DNA of 64,000 bases, from positions 1 through 64,000 of IMG/VR virus record IMGVR_UViG_2627853630_000004, one strand, 5' to 3'. A program made the translations under genes and the position numbers. Shown here piece by piece: positions 44,367-53,823 of this stretch. The notes under the pieces were generated by a model. That model was not told the DNA's origin. It made no database searches and was given only the letters and a program-made list of their open reading frames with translations. This DNA comes from a virus (lineage: Duplodnaviria; Caudoviricetes). Numbering within the stretch: the stretch's first letter is position 1; each line of letters begins with the position of its first letter.

Positions 44367-45560
44367 TTAAATGCTTTCTTCGTTAGAAAATAAATTAATG
44401 CGTTCGGCTTTTTTTCCTTCTTCTTTTTTCCAAAAAAAACCTGTTTGCAATAATGCAACCAGATCATCTTGAGTCATAGTCACCGTATCCCACAAAGCAA
44501 CTTTATTTTTCTCATCATTGGGCTTGTATATTTCAAGAGTAACCACACCGGCATCATATGACTGGCTTTCAATTAATATTGGCAAATCAACTAGTGGTTT
44601 AGGGGTTAGTTGTTTATATGGGATGAAATCCCCTGTGAACTTTCCATCAATAGATGCTAGTGTTTCGTATCCAGCATAACAGTCATATTTAACTTTCAAC
44701 AAAACGGCATGTGGTAATTTTATGAATGAGGCCCAATCGCTATAGCCTAATCTATCACTGTAGAATGAATCGCCACGATGGAAAGCAAAAGAATTCCCTT
44801 GAGTCCAAGTATCATACTGAACACCTTCAAAGGTGACTTTAGTTAACTTAATGTCAAGAGCATCCCTAAAAGCGGTGCCAACTGCAAATTTCCATCCGGA
44901 AGCGTAGCCATCAACAAATACAGCCAGGAGCGCGCTGCTTCTCCGTGGTTCCCTTACTGTTCTAAAGGTGGTTACCACTTCATCATGAACGTTTTTTATT
45001 TTTTCTAAAATATCCCCTGAATCGATTTCATAATCATCGGTAGGATCTAAAGGTATTTCACCCGTTTCAATGAAATTGAGAAATTGCTGTTTAGTGAGGA
45101 TAAAGCATCCTTTTTCATTAGCTTCTTTTATTTTTTTCCAACCAGCATTGGCACCACAGCAAAGAAAATAAAGCTTAGCTGTAACGCCAGCCCTCACGAC
45201 AAAATCATTTTCCTTAGCCAATTTAGTTAATTCATCTTTTTCGCTTTTATCAAACCCAGTAAAGCAGATTTCCAAGCCAAGTTTTTTTGTTTTTACTTTT
45301 CTAGAGATGGGATTATTTTTGTATTCATCCTTATCAAAAGATTTATCAAATGAACACAATTCCTCTTCTGAATTAAAAAACCTGACTATTCTGTCAGTGC
45401 TATAAGTTCTATAGCCTTTTTTATTTATTGAATACCCTTGTAAAAAGCCATCTTTATGCACCAAGTTAACTATGTGATTAGGGGATTCTTCATTTTTAGC
45501 ATTAACATAAATAAAAAAGGCTTCTTTATTATCACTCACTTTCCATTCATCAAATAGCAT
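44367..45560 (-). CDS. WYL-like plus BRCT domain protein (AT-rich moron)
   Basis: FIYVNAKNE...FLQGY......RTYSTDRI (WYL-like); ICFTGF..SEKDEL..LA......VT....FLCCG.NAGWKKI..A..KG..IL (BRCT). Confidence 0.75.
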   Translation of the reverse strand: MLFDEWKVSDNKEAFFIYVNAKNEESPNHIVNLVHKDGFLQGYSINKKGYRTYSTDRIVRFFNSEEELCSFDKSFDKDEYKNNPISRKVKTKKLGLEICFTGFDKSEKDELTKLAKENDFVVRAGVTAKLYFLCCGANAGWKKIKEANEKGCFILTKQQFLNFIETGEIPLDPTDDYEIDSGDILEKIKNVHDEVVTTFRTVREPRRSSALLAVFVDGYASGWKFAVGTAFRDALDIKLTKVTFEGVQYDTWTQGNSFAFHRGDSFYSDRLGYSDWASFIKLPHAVLLKVKYDCYAGYETLASIDGKFTGDFIPYKQLTPKPLVDLPILIESQSYDAGVVTLEIYKPNDEKNKVALWDTVTMTQDDLVALLQTGFFWKKEEGKKAERINLFSNEESI

Positions 45561-45607
45561 AGTTCAATCTCCATGATTACTAAATTGCTGTGTGAATTAT
45601 AAAAATA

Positions 45608-46210
45608 TCAATGCGCCAACAGCATCCCCAGCACGATCCCTGCCGCAAGCACTGCGCCAAAAATCCGTGGTTCTGCTTTTAAAGTATTTACCGCATCTTG
45701 CCACGTCTGTACTTTTGGGGGGGGTGTGTTGGTGGTAGTTCTACCCTGCCGCTCATCCAACCACCCCATAGCCTGCTGAAGCTGGGGGCGGGCTAAATCA
45801 TTTAACCGACTGGTTCCAAAATTGATGTGGCAGAACCGTGTAAGCTGTTCGCGTAATTCGTTTTGCTCTGTGCTTCTTAATAACTGAGACACTAGTTTTT
45901 TATTAGCATCCCTTTCCCTGCTACGCTCATGTAGCGCATTCAGGAAACTTAGCGCTGTGGAATACTGGCTGATGGTGATTTCTTCAATACCGTTAACACC
46001 AAGCTCCGCATGTAAGCGACGCCAAACAAAACGCACATCTTCACGCCCTGCTTCCGCAATATCTTTCACCAACTGGTTTAATTGGGAACGCTGGGCGCTA
46101 ACCAATGGGCGCAAATCTTCTTTAGTTTGTGGGGCGGCAATATTGATATTTTTTTCGTAATAATCACGTCCTGCGACCCGATTACTATCCCCTTGAGCCT
46201 CTACGGTCAT
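45608..46210 (-). CDS. membrane-anchored protein with two ORF6C-like helical repeats
   Basis: VWRRLHAELGV..IEEI....YSTAL.FL and FCHINFG..RL.DL...QL.QA..WL; C-terminal TM IFGAVLAAGIVLGMLLA. Confidence 0.65.
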   Translation of the reverse strand: MTVEAQGDSNRVAGRDYYEKNINIAAPQTKEDLRPLVSAQRSQLNQLVKDIAEAGREDVRFVWRRLHAELGVNGIEEITISQYSTALSFLNALHERSRERDANKKLVSQLLRSTEQNELREQLTRFCHINFGTSRLNDLARPQLQQAMGWLDERQGRTTTNTPPPKVQTWQDAVNTLKAEPRIFGAVLAAGIVLGMLLAH

Positions 46211-46232
46211 CCATTACATCCTTGATGCTTCG

Positions 46233-46646
46233 CTACTTCTTGCCTTCGTGATAGTCCCTGCCCGCTACGCGTTGGCCGCTACCCGTTACGTTTATCGATG
46301 CTGTTGCAGAGCTACCCGCCGTCAAAGCGGCTAAGGCGGCGGCTTTTATCGCCAGTGGCGCAGAACGATAGATTTTGATCAGTTCTAATTCGTCATTAGA
46401 AATGTCACCAAGGTCAGGGGTTCTTTTTCCAGTGAGGATATACAAAGTATCCATGCCGTAATTTTCACTAAGAAAAGCAAGCGTTGCACCATCAGGCGCA
46501 GTTTCGCCACGCTCGTATTTTCCCCAAGTCCTTGTTGTCGTGCCTAATTCTTCTGCAATTGCACTCTGACTTTTACCAATCGTTTCCCGCTCTTCGCGCA
46601 AACGCCCACCAATAAGGAATAAAAATTCCTCTTTCGAAGTTGACAT
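46233..46646 (-). CDS. immunity repressor (XRE HTH)
   Basis: IGGRLREER..IGKSQ..IAEELG.T.RTWGKYERGETAP, D.LYILTG; divergent from the cox operon. Confidence 0.85.
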   Translation of the reverse strand: MSTSKEEFLFLIGGRLREERETIGKSQSAIAEELGTTTRTWGKYERGETAPDGATLAFLSENYGMDTLYILTGKRTPDLGDISNDELELIKIYRSAPLAIKAAALAALTAGSSATASINVTGSGQRVAGRDYHEGKK

Positions 46647-46706
46647 AGGAAGTTTTCTTCACTAGATTGTGTTGAACAGGAACTTAGTGGATCACAACAT
46701 ATCACT

Positions 46707-46901
46707 ATGACACAAGAAAATCATGATCAGAGATCGCGTTTACCGCGTGGTATCGCATCCAAGAACCCTACCCCAATGCGCTTATCGGACGATGAGCGCG
46801 ACAAACTGGCGGCACTAGCAGCACAAGAAAGCCGCTCACTTTCAAGCATGGCCCGCCTGGTGTTTCTGCGGGGGCTCGAATCTTTTAACGTTCAAGGATA
46901 G
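46707..46901 (+). CDS. ribbon-helix-helix DNA-binding protein (Cro position)
   Basis: MRLSDDERDKL..LA.QESRSLSSMAR. Confidence 0.7.
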   Translation: MTQENHDQRSRLPRGIASKNPTPMRLSDDERDKLAALAAQESRSLSSMARLVFLRGLESFNVQG

Positions 46902-46912
46902 CAGGTGGTGAA

Positions 46913-47125
46913 ATGGCTAAGGCATTAAACATTAATATCACCGTCCCTACCCCATATGTTTCATTAAAAACATATTCAGAAATGACGGGGATACCATTCA
47001 GAACATGTGAAGGAATGGTTTCTGACGGACGGATTATCATTCGCCCCAAGAAAGGAAGAATGGAGAAAGTCGAGGTTAATTTAATCGCCATGCTTCGGGA
47101 TGCGATAACCAATAGCGAAATTTAA
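46913..47125 (+). CDS. cox: Cox/Apl-like regulator and excisionase
   Basis: P.PYVSL..YS..TGI...T...M..DGR..IRPK...VEVN..AM. Confidence 0.72.
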   Translation: MAKALNINITVPTPYVSLKTYSEMTGIPFRTCEGMVSDGRIIIRPKKGRMEKVEVNLIAMLRDAITNSEI

Positions 47126-47127
47126 TC

Positions 47128-47358
47128 ATGGAAAAAAACAATCTGATATTTTTTGGTATTGATCATGCGTTAATAAAACTCAGTGAACATACCAGCATTT
47201 ATCGCGGCTTTTCTATTATTCGCTGCCCCAGAACGGCAACGAATCCAATGACTCGTTATCGCATAAGTCAAGGCGATCAGTCATTCGGGCTATTTGATGC
47301 GTTAGGTCAAGCGACTTCTTATATCAACGAACTGCACAGCATGAGAGGTTCAGCATGA
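47128..47358 (+). CDS. hypothetical P2-family protein (DUF4761-like)
   Basis: YRGFSI.RCPR......TRY....FGLFDA...A..YI. Confidence 0.6.
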   Translation: MEKNNLIFFGIDHALIKLSEHTSIYRGFSIIRCPRTATNPMTRYRISQGDQSFGLFDALGQATSYINELHSMRGSA

Positions 47359-47552
47359 TTAGCACAGCGCGTTTATTAAAAGAAAAATCACCATCCCCGC
47401 AGGAAAATAAAGGCTGGCTGGAATTACCAAACGGCCGGCGTTTCCAGCCTACTCCCGCGCAGGCTTATTTTGCACCGTGGAGCAAAAAGCCCTACATGCC
47501 AGCGCCTAAAAAGCGGCACTGGTTCGCCCGCCTGATGGGTATTGCGGCCTAA
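47355..47552 (+). CDS. Fil-like protein
   Basis: MIS.A.LLK..SP.....GWLELP.G.RF.P. Confidence 0.6.
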   Translation: MISTARLLKEKSPSPQENKGWLELPNGRRFQPTPAQAYFAPWSKKPYMPAPKKRHWFARLMGIAA

Positions 47553-47557
47553 TCGTC

Positions 47558-47893
47558 ATGGCTAATACCGAAGCCGCCCGCGCCGTTCCGCTGAGTATAG
47601 CGGCCAGAACTGACGGGCTGAACCACATCGCAATGCTGAGGGGAAAGCACTTCAACACAAACAGTGAAAAAGACATGTGCCGCTTTATTGACGATATGCG
47701 TGACAAGATAGACGGCGATTATCATCAAAATATACGCGTACTGTCAGCAATATTTGAATTAGCAGATATTGATAAGAAACGGCGTAACCTGAAATTTAAT
47801 GAACTGACAACTGAAGAAAAAGCAAAGCTGATTAAGGCGATGAATAAACTTAAAGCAGTTGTGAGTTTATTCCCCAAACATTTAATTCTTTAA
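47558..47893 (+). CDS. P2-family early protein (DUF5347-like)
   Basis: R..GLNHIA.LR, LTTEEK..LIKAMN.....VSLFPK.L. Confidence 0.6.
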   Translation: MANTEAARAVPLSIAARTDGLNHIAMLRGKHFNTNSEKDMCRFIDDMRDKIDGDYHQNIRVLSAIFELADIDKKRRNLKFNELTTEEKAKLIKAMNKLKAVVSLFPKHLIL

Positions 47894-47963
47894 CCGTAAT
47901 AACTCCCGTTTTTAAAGGCGTAAACCCGCCGGGCTTTCTATTACCTGAAAAAAGGAAATCACG

Positions 47964-48197
47964 ATGAGAAATGCAGAAGTTAGAGGGATAAAAGTAGATC
48001 TCAATGAAGCACTTATCGAGCTACTAAAAAAAGCACGTCTGGAAGAAAAAAAAGACCAGCACTTAGCGTTTTCCTTGCGTCTGGCTGGGTTGTCTATCCA
48101 TGCCCAGAAAAAAGAGCTTTCCACCGCAGAGGTTATCGAGCTGCTGCGCAAAGAGGCAGAACGCTTCGAACATTCATCGCAGGAGATCATTGCATGA
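47964..48197 (+). CDS. DUF2732-like protein
   Basis: MRN.E, LLKKARLEE, E.IELLR.EAE. Confidence 0.65.
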   Translation: MRNAEVRGIKVDLNEALIELLKKARLEEKKDQHLAFSLRLAGLSIHAQKKELSTAEVIELLRKEAERFEHSSQEIIA

Positions 48198-48778
48198 ACA
48201 ACGTCATGATCGATATTGAAGCGCTCGGCAAAAAAGCTAACGCCCCGATAGGTTCAATTGGCGCGGTGTTCTTCCATCCAGTAACGGGTGAATTGGGTGA
48301 GCGTTTTTATTGCCGCGTAGATTTTGAAAACGACATGCTTAATGGCGCGATGCCGGACGGTGACACGATCAAGTGGTGGTTGCGTCAGTCATCGGAAGCC
48401 CGTGCGGAGTTAATCAGCGATGATGCCTGCCCTATCTGGGATGCGGTTAGTCAGTTTAGTGATTGGCTGACAGATAACGCTGAGAGCCTGGAATCATTGC
48501 ATGTTTGGGCAAATAGCCCTTCGTTTGATTGCGCCATCCTGAAATCATCATTTGAGCGTACTGATACTGATATTCCGTGGAAATATTGGAACGAACGGGA
48601 CGTCAGGACGATGAAAGAAGTTGGGTTCGCCATCATAAATATGAATATGAGCCCATTTCTTGGCACAGCAGAAACCATCGGCGTTAAGCATAACGCACTT
48701 GATGATGCGATCAGCCAGGTCGCGTTGGTTTCTGCTGTTATGTCTCGGTTGGTTCAGAATCAAGGCGGTGAATTATGA
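48194..48778 (+). CDS. 3'-5' exonuclease (DEDDh)
   Basis: MIDIE, SIGAVFF, FDC.IL, RDVRT, HNALDDA. Confidence 0.85.
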   Translation: MNNVMIDIEALGKKANAPIGSIGAVFFHPVTGELGERFYCRVDFENDMLNGAMPDGDTIKWWLRQSSEARAELISDDACPIWDAVSQFSDWLTDNAESLESLHVWANSPSFDCAILKSSFERTDTDIPWKYWNERDVRTMKEVGFAIINMNMSPFLGTAETIGVKHNALDDAISQVALVSAVMSRLVQNQGGEL

Positions 48779-49605
48779 TCCGCCCGTTCATCAAATGGGC
48801 GGGGGGTAAAACCCGCGTCATGCCTGATTTGTTGCCTCTCCTGCCTAAAGGTGATTGCCTCATCGAGCCGTTTGTCGGTGGTGCGTCAGTATTCCTGAAT
48901 ACGGATTATCGCCGTTATGTGCTCGGCGATATCAATCCCGATCTGATTAATTTATATCAGTACGCCGCTTATGATACAGAACGGTTAATAGCCACTGCGC
49001 GTGAGCTATTTAATAGTGGCAATAATGCAGATGCGTATAACGGTAATCGGCTGAGCTTTAACTATCAAAAATCAAACCCCAGCATACTTACAGCCGCTCT
49101 ATTTTTATATCTGAATCGGCATGGCTTTAACGGGCTGTGTCGTTATAACAATGCTGGGGATTTCAATATTCCGTTCGGCAAATACCGTAAACCATACTTT
49201 CCTGAGCATGAAATACGATTGTTTGCTGAAAAAGCCAATGACACGGCAACTATCTTTGTTTGTGCTGATTTTAAAGAAGCATTACTGGCTCATACCGAGC
49301 CAGGTTTCGTCATTTACTGTGACCCTCCTTACCTGCCTGCCAGCGAAACAGCAAGTTTCACCCAGTACCACACATCGGTTTTTACCTCCGCACAACACCG
49401 AGATCTGGTCAGGTTGCTATGGGATATGCACCGCCAATACGCCACTCCTGTAGTCATCTCAAATAGCGACACTCCCGCTACGCGCGAGATTTATCAGCAC
49501 TATCAATTCCATGAAATCGCGGTTCAGCGTTCTATCAGTGCAAACGGCATCACGCGCGGTGCCGCAAAAGAAGTGATCGGCGTGCTGAATAAGGTTTGTG
49601 AGTAA
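48775..49605 (+). CDS. dam: DNA adenine methyltransferase, Dam family
   Basis: KWAGGK, EPFVGG, LNRHGFNGLCRYN..G.FN.PFG, DPPY. Confidence 0.9.
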   Translation: MIRPFIKWAGGKTRVMPDLLPLLPKGDCLIEPFVGGASVFLNTDYRRYVLGDINPDLINLYQYAAYDTERLIATARELFNSGNNADAYNGNRLSFNYQKSNPSILTAALFLYLNRHGFNGLCRYNNAGDFNIPFGKYRKPYFPEHEIRLFAEKANDTATIFVCADFKEALLAHTEPGFVIYCDPPYLPASETASFTQYHTSVFTSAQHRDLVRLLWDMHRQYATPVVISNSDTPATREIYQHYQFHEIAVQRSISANGITRGAAKEVIGVLNKVCE

Positions 49606-52115
49606 TGTCCGCACAGTGGGCCTATCCGTGGAATGCACCACGTCCAGCGATCTCCATGCCACAGGGGATCGCTGATTCATTTCATCCCTCTGCTGCAAAT
49701 ACCACCGAGCCGCATCCAGCCGTCGAGCAGCATCTTAAGCGGTTGGTATCGCGCGCAGCTTTATCCGATCTGGATTTCGATCAGGCCGTCGCGCGGCTGG
49801 ACTACTTCGAGCCTAATTCAACGTTACTGACAATGCGCCGCCAGTTCGCTGAGGCTGAGCGGGATGAGCATCAAGCAGCATTGCAAAACTGGATGGAAAC
49901 ACCGGAAGGTGTTGAAGCCCGCTTGCTCGAGCAGCCGTTTTTTATCCGCGATACCTACAGAAAAAAAATAGAATGGCTGCGCGCCAACCGAGAGTCGCGA
50001 CACGTCAGCGCTTTTTTCATGGGAACCGTGAAAAAAGCCCTGCTGCGTCTTGATGCTGTGCGTGCCAAGCAAGGTGTGCGTGACGGTTTTACGTCAGAGC
50101 TTGCCAGCTACTGGCGTGCACGCTGGCAGCATTTGGCAGAGTTTACGAAACATGAAGCGATTAACGCTGGTCATGCTATTGCGGCCAGCATCACTGAAAT
50201 GTTTGAAACCGAATGCGGCAGCACCTTGCCCGCTAATATGACCAATGACGAGATCCAGTCGCTTTTCTGGCACCTGGGCCGTGAAATGCTGGCGCTACGG
50301 GTAACGCCGCCGTGCTGGGGCGTGATCATTGGCGATAACGAATCAAAAAAACGTATTTGCTCCGCCATTCTGCGCATCATCAGCCCTGAATGGTGGGGGC
50401 GTAAGTTGTGGCGTTTGCGCTGCGAATGGCGAGAAAACCAGTTCCGCGCCATCGGCGTGATCCACAAAAAGCGTATGCCGTATGTCAGTATCGACGCACT
50501 GAACCAGTGGCAGGAGCAGCGCCGCAAAAATCGCGAGTTCTTTAAGGCGCACGAACTGGTTGATGAAGACGGTAACGTCGCATCGCTGGAAAACATGGTA
50601 TACGCCAGCATTAGCAATCCGGTTATTCGCCGTCACGAACTTATGGCGCGTATGGCAGGCGTTGAAATGGTTGCCATATCACGCAGTGATGAAGGGGTAT
50701 TTCTTACTATCACCTGTCCGTCTCGTTATCACTCCAATATTCAAAGCGGCCACCAAAATCCCAAGTGGGATCACACATCCCCCCGCGATGGTCAGCGCTA
50801 TTTATGTAAGACGTGGGCTAAAGCCATGTCGAAACTGAACCGCCGTGGCCTGCGCCCGTATGGTTTTCGCGTTGCCGAACCGCATCACGATTCAACACCG
50901 CACTGGCACGTATTGCTATTCATGCCACCAGATGATCGGAAGGAAATCACTGAAATTCTGCGTGAATATTTCATTTCTGTAGACCGTGCAGAACTTGGGC
51001 GTAATACCGGTGCACGCTTCAAAGCGAAGCGTCTCGATCCTAAAAAAGGCAGTGCCACTGCCTACGTCGCGAAATACATCAGTAAAAACATTGATGGGTA
51101 TGCGCTAGATGGAGAGCTGGACGGTGAAACCGGAAAGACTCTGCGCGAAACCGCAAAGTTTGCGATGGCCTGGGCGTCTCAGCATAACATTAGGCAATTT
51201 CAGCCGTTCGGCCTGCCGCCAGTCACAGTCTGGCGCGAACTGCGAAAACTGGCGAACCAACTTACCGCGGTGCAGAAAGAAGCCGGAACCTTCAAGCGTG
51301 GCGCTGCGCAGCTTGGTGATCCTGCAATGGATGCCGTACTAGCCTCTGCGGACGCAGGCTGTTTCGCTACTTACATCGAAAAGCAAGGCGGCGTGTTAAT
51401 CCCGCGCGAGCTATACACCGTGCGCATCGCGTATGAGGATGCCGACGAGCAAAACGACTACGGCGAAACACCAGAAAAAATATTTGGTGTTTTCTCCCCG
51501 CGCTTAGGTGAGATATCGCGCATCTGTACCCGTCTCGTTAAGTGGAAAATCCGTAAAAAACAGGCAGCAGACGCAGGCGTTAATGATAGCGCCGGACGTG
51601 GTTTGGCTGTTACGCCGCCCACCGGCGGCGCTTGGAGTTCTGTCAATAACTCTACGGGCGATGAAAAAATAAGCGTTTCCGAGCCCGCCGATAGAGAGAT
51701 TGGCAGTACGTCAGAGCCAGAAATTACCGACTTTGAGCACATGACTGACACGGAACGGCGTGGATTGCTCAACCGGCTTCGATCACAGCCGCCGGATCGG
51801 CGACATAAAGAACACTCGTCCACAACTCAGACCCACAAAGAGACTGAAAAACAGACTGTTAGTAAGCGGTCGGACGACTGGTGCGCCAGCGTTGCCGATT
51901 TCGCCCGTTCGCTGGGCTGGGATATCAGTGTCGGTGAGGTGCGGCGGCTGGAAATGGGTAATGCGATCACGCTCGCGGGTTACTCATACGTTGCCAGTGC
52001 TGACGGTTGTCTGTATCGCGCGCCGACAAAGAAACGAAAAGATGTGGAATATCAGGATAGAACGGCGGAACTGCTACACCGAATTGCGGTGTTACGTGAA
52101 GTTTCACAGTCATAA
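49605..52115 (+). CDS. A: rolling-circle replication endonuclease gpA
   Basis: FLTITCPS.YH, EPHHD.TPHWH, YVAKYISKNIDG. Confidence 0.93.
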   Translation: MSAQWAYPWNAPRPAISMPQGIADSFHPSAANTTEPHPAVEQHLKRLVSRAALSDLDFDQAVARLDYFEPNSTLLTMRRQFAEAERDEHQAALQNWMETPEGVEARLLEQPFFIRDTYRKKIEWLRANRESRHVSAFFMGTVKKALLRLDAVRAKQGVRDGFTSELASYWRARWQHLAEFTKHEAINAGHAIAASITEMFETECGSTLPANMTNDEIQSLFWHLGREMLALRVTPPCWGVIIGDNESKKRICSAILRIISPEWWGRKLWRLRCEWRENQFRAIGVIHKKRMPYVSIDALNQWQEQRRKNREFFKAHELVDEDGNVASLENMVYASISNPVIRRHELMARMAGVEMVAISRSDEGVFLTITCPSRYHSNIQSGHQNPKWDHTSPRDGQRYLCKTWAKAMSKLNRRGLRPYGFRVAEPHHDSTPHWHVLLFMPPDDRKEITEILREYFISVDRAELGRNTGARFKAKRLDPKKGSATAYVAKYISKNIDGYALDGELDGETGKTLRETAKFAMAWASQHNIRQFQPFGLPPVTVWRELRKLANQLTAVQKEAGTFKRGAAQLGDPAMDAVLASADAGCFATYIEKQGGVLIPRELYTVRIAYEDADEQNDYGETPEKIFGVFSPRLGEISRICTRLVKWKIRKKQAADAGVNDSAGRGLAVTPPTGGAWSSVNNSTGDEKISVSEPADREIGSTSEPEITDFEHMTDTERRGLLNRLRSQPPDRRHKEHSSTTQTHKETEKQTVSKRSDDWCASVADFARSLGWDISVGEVRRLEMGNAITLAGYSYVASADGCLYRAPTKKRKDVEYQDRTAELLHRIAVLREVSQS
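51628..51654 (+). other. P2-type replication origin within gene A
   Basis: GCGCTTGGAGTTCTGTCAATAACT resembles the P2-family ori consensus. Confidence 0.7.
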
Positions 52116-52208
52116 CCGGCTGTGCTGGCCAGCGCATCGATCACAGTCAGAAATGACGTGGCTGCAGCACAGATGAAAGTAGCTATGTGGTACCACAAGG
52201 GGAAAGCA

Positions 52209-52901
52209 ATGGGATATCTGGGAAGTAAGGCGGCGTCAGGCGCGTATCAGAAAATTATCGCTAATATGCCGCCACATGATGTGTACGTTGAAACGCATCT
52301 GGGCGGTGGTGCGGTCATGCTGAACAAGCCGCCCGCGCGGCTGAATGTTGGCGTTGATATTGATCAGATAACTATTGAGGAATTTTGCCAGTTAAATCCT
52401 GAGTTTGTGGACACGTTGGATACGCGGCTACGAATCATCAATGAGGATGCCGCTGATTTCCTGCAAAGCCATGACCTTGAAGCGATGGGCCGCGTGCTGA
52501 TTTACGCGGATCCGCCGTATTTGCCAGAAACCAGAACCAGCAACGCAAGTTATCGGCATGAATACACGGTTGATGACCACCGGGAGTTGATCGCTATTCT
52601 ACGGCAATGCCCGTATTACGTGATGATTTCCGGTTACCCATCCGCGATCTATGATGAGCTTTTGGGAGATTGGCGTACGGTGACGTTTCAGGTAATGACA
52701 CGCGGCGGTGCTAGGACGGAAAAGCTATGGATGAACTACCAAGAAGATGCGGCGTATAGTACGGCGTTTGCTGGTAAAGACTACATCGATCGTCAGCGCA
52801 TCAAGCGAAAAGCGGAAAGGTGGGCGGCTAAGTATCGAGCGATGACGCCAGCGGAACGGCTTGCAGTAATTGTGGCACTTAATAGAGTTGACAGTGATTG
52901 A
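52209..52901 (+). CDS. second DNA adenine methyltransferase (D12 class)
   Basis: GYLGSK, YVETHLGGGAV, ADPPY, MISGY, RTEKLWMNY; start may lie further upstream. Confidence 0.82.
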   Translation: MGYLGSKAASGAYQKIIANMPPHDVYVETHLGGGAVMLNKPPARLNVGVDIDQITIEEFCQLNPEFVDTLDTRLRIINEDAADFLQSHDLEAMGRVLIYADPPYLPETRTSNASYRHEYTVDDHRELIAILRQCPYYVMISGYPSAIYDELLGDWRTVTFQVMTRGGARTEKLWMNYQEDAAYSTAFAGKDYIDRQRIKRKAERWAAKYRAMTPAERLAVIVALNRVDSD

Positions 52902-52963
52902 TTGTGTTCCTTGTCATCAAGAGTGCTGGCTTATTCTAAAAGAAGTAGCCAGCACTCTTATTA

Positions 52964-53344
52964 TTAGACAGTTGAGTTTTTTGATAGCCAATTTTTGAAT
53001 GTTTGTAGTTCCCACTTTGGACTTTGGCCGATCTTTATGTCGGGAGCTGGAAAGACTATGGAGTTATCACTACTTGACCTATCTATATCGAGAAGACAAT
53101 CCGTAACCGTAAGCCCCATACCTCCAGTTACTGGCGTAGTCCTCATAGAGGTCGGGAGGCCTGCACCATTTTTCATCATTCCTTCGGCTAATTCTTTTAA
53201 GCGATTACTGCTCTTACTGCCGTTGCGTACCCAGCGCTCCAGTGTTGAGCGAGAAATATCTAATCGTTTACAAATTTCGTCTATGCCGAGAAGTGTTGCC
53301 TCGCCATCGGCGATTCGGTCAATTAAGCTTTTCATAAAGGTCAT
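52964..53344 (-). CDS. AlpA/excisionase-like wHTH protein with internal insertion
   Basis: EICKRLDISRSTLERWV ... FPAPDIKIGQSPKW.....NWL, separated by ~55 aa. Confidence 0.65.
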   Translation of the reverse strand: MTFMKSLIDRIADGEATLLGIDEICKRLDISRSTLERWVRNGSKSSNRLKELAEGMMKNGAGLPTSMRTTPVTGGMGLTVTDCLLDIDRSSSDNSIVFPAPDIKIGQSPKWELQTFKNWLSKNSTV

Positions 53345-53575
53345 ACCTCACAAAAAAACAGGTTATAATGGTGCAAGTTGAAGTAACTTGCGTGATGCAT
53401 AATAACGCAAGTTGAAGCAATGTAAAGCATCCGATTTATTTTTTCATGTTCTACTGCGCAACCCCGCACACTAATGCACAATTTTTTTGATGCTATTATC
53501 CCCTCCCCACGCCAGATCTGGCGCGGGTTTACCCCTGCTGCACAACTGCATAAAAACGCACTATTTTCGTGTGCG

Positions 53576-53594
53576 GGCGTGGCGGGGGAACCCT
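53576..53594 (+). other. cos site (P2/186-type 19-nt cohesive end)
   Basis: GGCGTGGCGGGGGAACCCT in the A-portal interval. Confidence 0.75.
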
Positions 53595-53823
53595 CGCGCG
53601 CTGAGGGGGATAAGAGGGGTATGCTGGTTCATATGCTGCTGCATCCTCATCACGTCGCTATTGCGCTGTTTCGATCTCAGTCAATCACTGCATCATTCGG
53701 CTAATATGTTGCTCAGAATCGCATTCAGGCGCTTTTACGCAGACGTAAAAAAACCGGGCAATCTTACGGCTGTCCGGTCTGCTGTTTGATGGCTAGTTGA
53801 GCGGTTTTGAATGACTCTCGCGG

